Part shown: piece after piece, positions 33,775 to 39,743 of the stretch | Numbering within the stretch: position 1 is the stretch's first letter | Layout: each line of letters begins with the position of its first letter | Source: Candidatus Nomurabacteria bacterium | GTDB lineage: Bacteria > Patescibacteriota > Saccharimonadia > Saccharimonadales > Saccharimonadaceae | Length of the DNA stretch: 39,743 bases | Assembly (NCBI GenBank): GCA_031264785.1 | Contig: JAISDN010000058.1 | Coordinates: 1-39,743 of the forward strand | Direction of reading: 5' to 3' | Program-made: the position numbers and the translations under genes | Notes under the pieces: model-generated | Told to the model about the DNA's origin: nothing | Databases searched by the model: none | Seen by the model: the letters and a program-made list of their open reading frames with translations, nothing else

Positions 33775-34524
33775 TTATAAACTAGATTCTGGATCAAGTT
33801 TGTAAAATGGTTTCACGTCGTTATATTCCGTAAAAGCCAGTTTGAGTGCGCCGCTGCCAATTTTGCTAAACAGAAATTCGTAATAACCGGGTAAATATTC
33901 ACAATCCCTCGAAAGTTCTCGATTCGGCTGGCCGGTGTTTGGATTTGGTATAGCTTGGATTGCTCGGAGCATAGTCTGCCGAGTTGGTTGGTCCGCCTCT
34001 TCATTAAATTTGAACGACCCAAGAAAAGCATCGCGCTTTAGCGAGTAATCGACATAACCAGCGTGGGCTAGTCTTGCCAAATGCCCCCTACACATTTCAA
34101 GGTGGATCGAACGTTGATCATCATTTACCATAACAGATCCGGAATATTCACGAGTTGGCTCTTCGCGAATAAATATGGTATCCACGTCGTAACTGTCAGT
34201 TTTCGCGAGTTCGACAGTCTGCTGTTTGTCAAGCGCAAATTTGCGTAACAGAGGTTTATTATCTTTGGAATGGCTAAGAGATGCATAGAAAGCGTCGGGC
34301 TGCGCATCAAGCGCCTGAAATGCCGCGTCTGGCTTGTCGATAAATCGAGATATGGGCAGAGTAATATGCGGTAAACTCGGCAGCGCCAGTCTAGCTAGAT
34401 TGTCCATAATGGTTTGCTTGCTGAGTAATAGACGATCCAGCTTGCCAGCAAAATCCGTGCCTCGCGCAGCTTTGACATACTCGCGCAGGCCAAAATTTCT
34501 AATTTCTTGATGGGTCGGTGTCAT
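33775..34524 (-). CDS. Hypothetical cytoplasmic protein (249 aa), unknown function
   Basis: Intact ORF 19 nt upstream of pcrA on the same strand. TGgTATAAT lies 6 nt upstream of its ATG. No motif recognised. Confidence 0.6.
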   Translation of the reverse strand: MTPTHQEIRNFGLREYVKAARGTDFAGKLDRLLLSKQTIMDNLARLALPSLPHITLPISRFIDKPDAAFQALDAQPDAFYASLSHSKDNKPLLRKFALDKQQTVELAKTDSYDVDTIFIREEPTREYSGSVMVNDDQRSIHLEMCRGHLARLAHAGYVDYSLKRDAFLGSFKFNEEADQPTRQTMLRAIQAIPNPNTGQPNRELSRDCEYLPGYYEFLFSKIGSGALKLAFTEYNDVKPFYKLDPESSL

Positions 34525-34591
34525 TTCGTTATTATACCAATTTTTGGAATATTATTCAAGTTAATGATACAATAGAAGCTTAAAAGTGGTT

Positions 34592-34864
34592 TTAAGCCAC
34601 ACAAACTTGGGTGCGTTGCACGGTTTTGCCGGTGAAGCGGCGCACTTTGATTTGTTTGAACTCTACCACGCCGTCTTTTTTAGCGTGAATGGTGAAATTG
34701 CGTGAAACGTAGGTGCCGGGCCCAGCGATTTTGGTGGCGCCGACTTGGCGCACTAAAACTTCGCCGGCGCGGACATTTTGGCCGCCGAAGCGTTTAACGC
34801 CCAAGCGATGGCCGGCGTTGTTGTGATTATTTTTGGTGCTTCCACCCGCTTTAACATGCGACAT
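34592..34864 (-). CDS. rpmA: 50S ribosomal protein L27
   Basis: MSHVKAGGSTKNNHNNAGHRLGVKRFGGQNV.AGEVLVRQ.G is a typical L27 sequence. GAGGAG RBS. Confidence 0.92.
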   Translation of the reverse strand: MSHVKAGGSTKNNHNNAGHRLGVKRFGGQNVRAGEVLVRQVGATKIAGPGTYVSRNFTIHAKKDGVVEFKQIKVRRFTGKTVQRTQVCVA

Positions 34865-34905
34865 TTCTTAATTCTCCTCTAATTTTTGGCAAATCGAAAA
34901 CCGAT

Positions 34906-36093
34906 TTATTCTTTCTTATCTTCCATCTTAGCAGTTTTTTTAACTTTTTTCAAGACCAAAAGTTCACGTCCAACAATTTGATCCTTACGCCGATACAGCA
35001 GTGGCTTGGCGCTAACTTTTTGCTGCTCATAACCCAAATCTTTCAGCCGGCGGATAATCGACAAGCGGTAATTTTTGCCGCCAACATTCCAAGCCGGCAC
35101 CGCCAGACACAATCGCGTGTCTTTTTTAATTTGGCTATACAGATTTTCCAAAAATTTCTCAACCAGTTTGTTGCATTTTTTAACATTTTGGCGCAGGGCC
35201 TCGATGGTCGGCTCAACAAAATACGGCTTTCCGAGCGAAGTTTCGGCCACTACAAAATCCATCACCGGCTGCCAATTCATCTTGGTGGCGTCGCCAACTT
35301 CCAACTTTTCAAAAAAGTTGACTTTGTGCGAAGCGCTCAGCCATTTCAAATTAGCAATCGTAAAATCAATCATTTTTTGCTCAATATCCGTGCCGTAAAC
35401 GTTATATCCCATCAGCGCCGCCTCTTGCAGCACCACGCCCGTGCCGCAAAACGGATCGAGTATTACCGGAATGGTCTTGGGCTTGGCGCGTTTTTTGCTG
35501 GGATCGAGATCGTGCCGCGATTTGGTGTCCTGAACCGCCAGATTTATCATAATTTGGGCCAGTTTGGGCGGCAACATACCGTTTTTAGCGTCACGGCGCG
35601 GCCGGCCATAGTCGCGGTTGGAATAAGATTTAATGTCTTGGATATATAGCGTCTGAGCCAGCATTTTGGCGCCGTCGGCCTCCGCCAAAATAAACTCGAA
35701 CTTGTTGTCAGAACCAATCAATTTGTTATGAATTATCTGCGCGCTGGACAGGTCAGATTTTTTATTGGGCACAAACCGAACCGATTTGCGATGTTTTTTG
35801 ATAGCCACCGCGATTTTGGTCAAAGTTTTGGCGTTCAGGTTAGTATTATATGACGACAGACCAACCACCGCCTTGCCGCTTTCCGGCAAAAAGCTCATAA
35901 TGTCGTTCCAGTCATTACTAATCACCTCGGCGATTTTAATCGTGCCGCCCAAGCGCTCAAACTGCCGCGCCGAAATATCTTCAACGTCCAGCACCGCGAT
36001 TTTGCCAAAGTGTTTCAAATTGGCTTTCCCGAAAACCGCCTCTAGCTCAGCAAAACTAATTTCTGGCTGTCGCCCCAATATACAAATATACAT
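34906..36093 (-). CDS. SAM-dependent methyltransferase (UPF0020/Trm11-like putative RNA methylase)
   Basis: ILDPFCGTGVVLQEAALMGYNVYGTDIE (SAM-binding motif I and the post-I acidic residue). N-terminal ILGRQPEISFAELEAVFG module. I prefer the ATG at 36093 (MYICILGRQ); the track extension to 36276 overlaps the divergent gene and promoter. Confidence 0.65.
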   Translation of the reverse strand: MYICILGRQPEISFAELEAVFGKANLKHFGKIAVLDVEDISARQFERLGGTIKIAEVISNDWNDIMSFLPESGKAVVGLSSYNTNLNAKTLTKIAVAIKKHRKSVRFVPNKKSDLSSAQIIHNKLIGSDNKFEFILAEADGAKMLAQTLYIQDIKSYSNRDYGRPRRDAKNGMLPPKLAQIMINLAVQDTKSRHDLDPSKKRAKPKTIPVILDPFCGTGVVLQEAALMGYNVYGTDIEQKMIDFTIANLKWLSASHKVNFFEKLEVGDATKMNWQPVMDFVVAETSLGKPYFVEPTIEALRQNVKKCNKLVEKFLENLYSQIKKDTRLCLAVPAWNVGGKNYRLSIIRRLKDLGYEQQKVSAKPLLYRRKDQIVGRELLVLKKVKKTAKMEDKKE

Positions 36094-36100
36094 ACAAACA

Positions 36101-36140
36101 ATTATACCACAAACTTTTTGAATGCAAAATGTGATATTAT
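36101..36140. promoter_or_regulatory. Back-to-back divergent extended -10 promoters in a 54-bp intergenic region
   Basis: Minus strand: TGgTATAAT (hexamer 36101-36106), 7 nt from the ATG at 36093. Plus strand: TGaTATTAT (hexamer 36135-36140), 7 nt from the ATG at 36148. Confidence 0.6.
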
Positions 36141-36147
36141 GGGTGGT

Positions 36148-37242
36148 ATGGAAAAAGTTATTAAAAAACGACACTGGGGAAAAATTATTCTCAATTCGGC
36201 GGTGGCGGTTTTCGTGATTCTGCTGATTTATTTTGCGCGCGACGACATCGCCAAAGTTGGCGAAATGCTGGGACAAATCAATATTTGGGTGCTGTTGCTG
36301 CTAATTCCGGCCCAGATTTTTTCTTATTTTAGTGGTGGTATGACGATTTTTTCTTATTTGAAGGGTCGCCAGCAGCTAAAAGACATTAAAATGACCGAAG
36401 TCACCGCAATGTCGCTGGAGCTGAACTTTATGAATCACGTTTTTCCGAGCGGCGGCATTTCCGGCATTACTTATATGGTTTGGCGCCTGAAAAAGCTCGG
36501 CATTGCTGGCGGTCAAGCTACAATGGCCCAAATGATTCGCTTTTTGGCTATTACGGTGGCCTTTGTGGTGTTGCTAGCGGTGTCGCTGTTGGCGGTGACG
36601 ATCGACAATAAATCCGACAATTGGCTGGTTTTGGTGGCGGCTTTTGTGGTTTCCGGCGTGGCTTTTTTGATAATTTTTGCGGCTTATGTGATTGGTAGCA
36701 AAAAAAGAGTGATTAGTTTTTCACATTGGATTAGCCGATTGAGTAATAAAGTTGTTCAAAAGATTACTCTGGGAAAGTTCAAAAAATCGATTTTACCGTT
36801 AGAAAAATCGGAAAAATTTTTCTTAGAAATTTACGAAGATTTTTTGGCTTTGAAAGAGCAAAAAAAACTGCTAATCAAGCCGATTGCTTGGGGTTTTGCT
36901 TTTGTGATTGCCGATGTGGCGCTGTTTGCAGTGGCCTTTTTGGCGCTAGGAGTAGATTTTAATCCGGCGCTGCTAGTGATTGCTTATGGCGCGGCTTCGG
37001 TGATGGGTATGATTATGATAACGCCGGGTGGGGCCGGTGGTTATGAGGCGGTGATGGTGATGGTGCTGGCGGCTGGCGGTATGGCTACGGCTGGCGCGAC
37101 CTCTGGTGTGATTTTGGCGCGAGTGATTCTGATTTTTATTACTCTGGCTACCGGTTACGTGGTTTATCACCGCGCAATGGCCAAATACGGCAAGCCAGTG
37201 ATGAAACAAAATGTTGACATTTTAAACGTTTCGGGAAAATAG
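36148..37242 (+). CDS. Polytopic membrane protein, UPF0104/YbhN-like (lysyl-PG-synthase TM-region/flippase-like) family
   Basis: About 8 hydrophobic helices; N-terminus MEKVIKKRHWGKIILNSAVAVFVILLIYFA. Family assignment is from general resemblance only. Confidence 0.5.
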   Translation: MEKVIKKRHWGKIILNSAVAVFVILLIYFARDDIAKVGEMLGQINIWVLLLLIPAQIFSYFSGGMTIFSYLKGRQQLKDIKMTEVTAMSLELNFMNHVFPSGGISGITYMVWRLKKLGIAGGQATMAQMIRFLAITVAFVVLLAVSLLAVTIDNKSDNWLVLVAAFVVSGVAFLIIFAAYVIGSKKRVISFSHWISRLSNKVVQKITLGKFKKSILPLEKSEKFFLEIYEDFLALKEQKKLLIKPIAWGFAFVIADVALFAVAFLALGVDFNPALLVIAYGAASVMGMIMITPGGAGGYEAVMVMVLAAGGMATAGATSGVILARVILIFITLATGYVVYHRAMAKYGKPVMKQNVDILNVSGK

Positions 37243-37244
37243 CT

Positions 37245-38357
37245 GTGGAAAACCAGCCGATTTTTAGCGTTTCGGAGGCGATGGCGGTGGTCAACCAGAC
37301 GCTGGAATACGCTTTTCCGTTTATTCAGGTGGAGGGCGAAGTCGCCAATTTTAAGGTTGGCAGCGGCAAATGGGTGTTTTTTGATTTGAAAGACAGCGAG
37401 GCCAGTTTGCGCTGTTTTATGCCGGCTTGGAATCTGCGCACCGCTGTTGAAGACGGGATGCGCGTGGCGGTGGTGGCTAAGCCGCGCTTGTCGAAATATG
37501 GGTTTTCGCTGAATATCGAGGCGATTAAGCCGGTTGGCGAGGGCGATATTAAAAAATCGTTTGAGCTGCTTAAGAAAAAGCTGACCGCCGAAGGTCTGTT
37601 TGCGCCAGAACGCAAGCGGCCGCTGCCGGATTTGCCCAGTCGGATTGGCGTAATTAGCTCGGTTGAGGCGGCTGGCTATAAAGATTTTATAAAAATTATC
37701 GGCGCGCGTTTTGGGGTCTCTGAAATTACGGTGGCTGACACGGCGGTGCAGGGCGACAGCGCGCCGGATCAGATTATGGCGGCGATTGCGGCTTTTAACG
37801 AAAGTGCCGATCCGCCAGAGGTGATTGTGATTTTACGGGGTGGTGGCAGCCGCGACGATTTGCTGGCTTTTGATGACGAGCCGCTGGTGCGGGCCATCGC
37901 CGGCAGCCGCGTGCCGACGCTGGTTGGGGTGGGCCACGAAATTGACGTGACTTTGGCCGATCTAGCGGCCGATGTGCGGGCTAGTACCCCTAGTAATGCG
38001 GCGGAGATTTTGCTGCCGGATAAGCGGGAGATAATTAAATCTTTGAGTCATAAACTGGAACAATCGCAGGTCAAACTGGAAAATAATCTACAGCGAAAAA
38101 TTGACGAAATCGTTCAAAATTTGGCCGAAATGCGCCTGAAAACTGAGCATAGTTTAGTGCGGGCCGAAAATCTGTTCGGGAGCCTTGATTTGGCGCTGGA
38201 ACAGCTCAATCCGGCGCGGATTTTGCAGCGTGGCTATGCGCTGGTGAGGCGCGAGAGCGGGGAAATCTTGCGTGCGGCGCCGACGGTGGGCGAAAAATTG
38301 CAAATTGAGACGAAAAACTCAACATTTCGTGTTAAAACTGTTGACATTTTGAGCTGA
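37245..38357 (+). CDS. xseA: Exodeoxyribonuclease VII large subunit
   Basis: FSVSEAMAVVNQTLEYAFPFIQVEGEVANFKVGSGKWVFFDLKD (OB-fold N-terminus), IGVISSVEAAGYKDF, RGGGSRDDLLAFDDE, VGHEIDVTLADLAADVRASTPSNAAE. GTG start 2 nt after the upstream stop. This is the only TGA stop in the window. Confidence 0.9.
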   Translation: MENQPIFSVSEAMAVVNQTLEYAFPFIQVEGEVANFKVGSGKWVFFDLKDSEASLRCFMPAWNLRTAVEDGMRVAVVAKPRLSKYGFSLNIEAIKPVGEGDIKKSFELLKKKLTAEGLFAPERKRPLPDLPSRIGVISSVEAAGYKDFIKIIGARFGVSEITVADTAVQGDSAPDQIMAAIAAFNESADPPEVIVILRGGGSRDDLLAFDDEPLVRAIAGSRVPTLVGVGHEIDVTLADLAADVRASTPSNAAEILLPDKREIIKSLSHKLEQSQVKLENNLQRKIDEIVQNLAEMRLKTEHSLVRAENLFGSLDLALEQLNPARILQRGYALVRRESGEILRAAPTVGEKLQIETKNSTFRVKTVDILS

Positions 38358-38454
38358 GTGTGCTAGGATGGAGGTAAGTGCTGGGAGGCAGCACGCTTAA
38401 GTGGCATTTGTCCAAGAGAGGGTTCATCTTTTGGGCTTTTTGTTTTGGAGTGAA

Positions 38455-39183
38455 ATGCAGAGATTTCGTAAAATTAGTCACCGGTTTTTGGGCAAGTTTT
38501 GCCTGATTTTTGGTGGGTTTTTGCTGGCGATTTATTTGGCAATGAGTTTTTCGGAGGTTTTGGCGGGTCCGGTTGACGAGATTATTTCTGAGCCAGTGGT
38601 TGAAGCTGGGCAAGTTTCGGAATCTGAAACCGGCTTGGCAGAAAAATCAGAATTAAAACCGCTGTCGACCACGCCGCGCGCTAATCAAAAAAATAATTCC
38701 ACGGCAGCGGCCAAAACGGCGACCAAAAATTCCAAGTCTTGGAGCTATATAAATATATCGGGCAAAATTTCCACCGCCATTACGCCGGTTGGGCTGGATT
38801 CGACTGGGGCAATTGCCGTGCCGGCTAGTGCGGCTGGGCTGTGGCGAGCTGGCGACTACGCGCCGGTTTTCTTGGACGGTCACAGCGATGGCGTGTTTGC
38901 GGGCTTAAAAAACGTGACAACTTCTGATGTGATTTCTATTACTTTGGGCGACGGCTCGGTGCTGAAATATCAAGTTGATAGCAGAAAAATCTATGATTAT
39001 GACCCGTCGATCGGGGTTTATGACAACAGAACCGGCGAGTTGACCGCCAACGGAACCATTATGAGCGATTCAATCTATACCGGCGGCCCGGACGGCCTGA
39101 ATTTAATGACTTGTTATGGCAAATATTTGGCGAATTATGGCACGTATAATCAAAGATTAGTGGTTTTTGCTTCCAGAATATAA
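38455..39183 (+). CDS. Sortase-family transpeptidase (class E/F-like)
   Basis: N-terminal TM FCLIFGGFLLAIYLAMSF. Catalytic-type motifs LDGHSDGVFAGL (His), LNLMTCYG (Cys) and NQRLVVFA (Arg). I prefer the ATG at 38455 (GGAG RBS) over the track start at 38401. Confidence 0.7.
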   Translation: MQRFRKISHRFLGKFCLIFGGFLLAIYLAMSFSEVLAGPVDEIISEPVVEAGQVSESETGLAEKSELKPLSTTPRANQKNNSTAAAKTATKNSKSWSYINISGKISTAITPVGLDSTGAIAVPASAAGLWRAGDYAPVFLDGHSDGVFAGLKNVTTSDVISITLGDGSVLKYQVDSRKIYDYDPSIGVYDNRTGELTANGTIMSDSIYTGGPDGLNLMTCYGKYLANYGTYNQRLVVFASRI

Positions 39184-39426
39184 AACCTAAAATTATTAGG
39201 CTTCACTCAATAAGTATTACAATCTGACCACAACATTTTTCCACAGCTTCTACAAAAAGCTGTTGACAGACAGGGCGGGGGCAGTATATTATGGTTATGT
39301 CTTAATACATAAACATCAAAAGTTTATCTGTGTGGTATCAAAGACAAAGCAATAAATTAAATAAAACTCGCAGGTTTTTTGTGGTATGTGGCATACCAGC
39401 CACAAAAGGCAAGAAGGAGACAAAAA

Positions 39427-39743
39427 ATGAACAGCAACCCATTCGCAGATGGTGCGCCTAAAGAAAAGGACGAAGGCTTGTTTCGTCCGCCAGACTGGTC
39501 GTCAGAAGATGAACCAGTTAAAGAGGATAAGAAAGTTAAAAAAACTAAAGATCCAGATCAAGACTCAGACCAAAGTTTCCTCAAAAAACATCTCCACGCC
39601 CTCATAGCCGTTATCACAGCCATAATCTTTGTCCTGATCGTAATCCTCATAGACCTCCTCATGAACCACGTCTTCCTAACCACCTCTGCGAGTGGCCTAG
39701 AAGTCAACATGCAAACTAACGACCAAGGCCAAGAACTACCCAC
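39427..39743 (+). CDS. Bitopic membrane protein, unknown function; 3' end runs off the window
   Basis: Hand translation: AAGGAG RBS, MNSNPFADGAPKEKDEGLFRPPDWSSEDEP...HLHALIAVITAIIFVLIVILIDLLM (TM) ...QTNDQGQELP, open to the window edge. Upstream promoter TTGACA at 39263-39268. Confidence 0.55.
   Translation, partial: MNSNPFADGAPKEKDEGLFRPPDWSSEDEPVKEDKKVKKTKDPDQDSDQSFLKKHLHALIAVITAIIFVLIVILIDLLMNHVFLTTSASGLEVNMQTNDQGQELP

Noticed and set aside
34696-34712. Possible parS site (CGTGAAAC half-site) inside rpmA
   Set aside because: Only one half of the TGTTTCACGTGAAACA palindrome is present. I found no full parS-like 16-mer by eye in this window.

Overview
A 39.7-kb chromosomal window from a small-genome bacterium. 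Gene content and layout suggest a Patescibacteria/CPR (Saccharibacteria-like) or other Gram-positive-type lineage; this is inference only. I call about 36 protein genes, one tRNA-Lys(UUU) and one ~430-nt structured RNA that has its own promoter and terminator. Housekeeping genes, left to right: priA (partial), rplU, parA-parB, comEC, a TetR regulator, yebC, clpP, rpoB-rpoC, ftsA, ruvX, mltG, a LysM-CHAP hydrolase, a MIP channel, pcrA, rpmA, an RNA/DNA methyltransferase, xseA and a sortase. Four accessory or unusual regions stand out. (1) An AT-rich block (about 5.8-9.1 kb) lies next to tRNA-Lys. It encodes a P-loop kinase::ribonucleotide reductase fusion interrupted at a G8 tract, a NUDIX hydrolase and a GreA/Rnk-like protein. 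(2) The large RNA at 9394-9824 has a tmRNA-like layout but a non-canonical tRNA-like end. (3) A 320-aa orphan gene sits between clpP and rpoB. It is bracketed by 14-bp direct repeats and carries a C10 tract in its 5' coding region. (4) Two acidic bitopic proteins, ftsA and a 538-aa membrane protein form a cluster preceded by an elaborate palindromic region. Window-wide signals: a family of GTCATTCCGG palindromic intergenic repeats; many apparently leaderless genes (TGnTAnAAT-N6-8-ATG); a near-consensus CIRCE operator on the clpP promoter; and almost no TGA stop codons (1 of 32). No CRISPR array, rRNA, transposase or integrase was seen. All family assignments come from motif recognition by eye and need HMM/BLAST confirmation.
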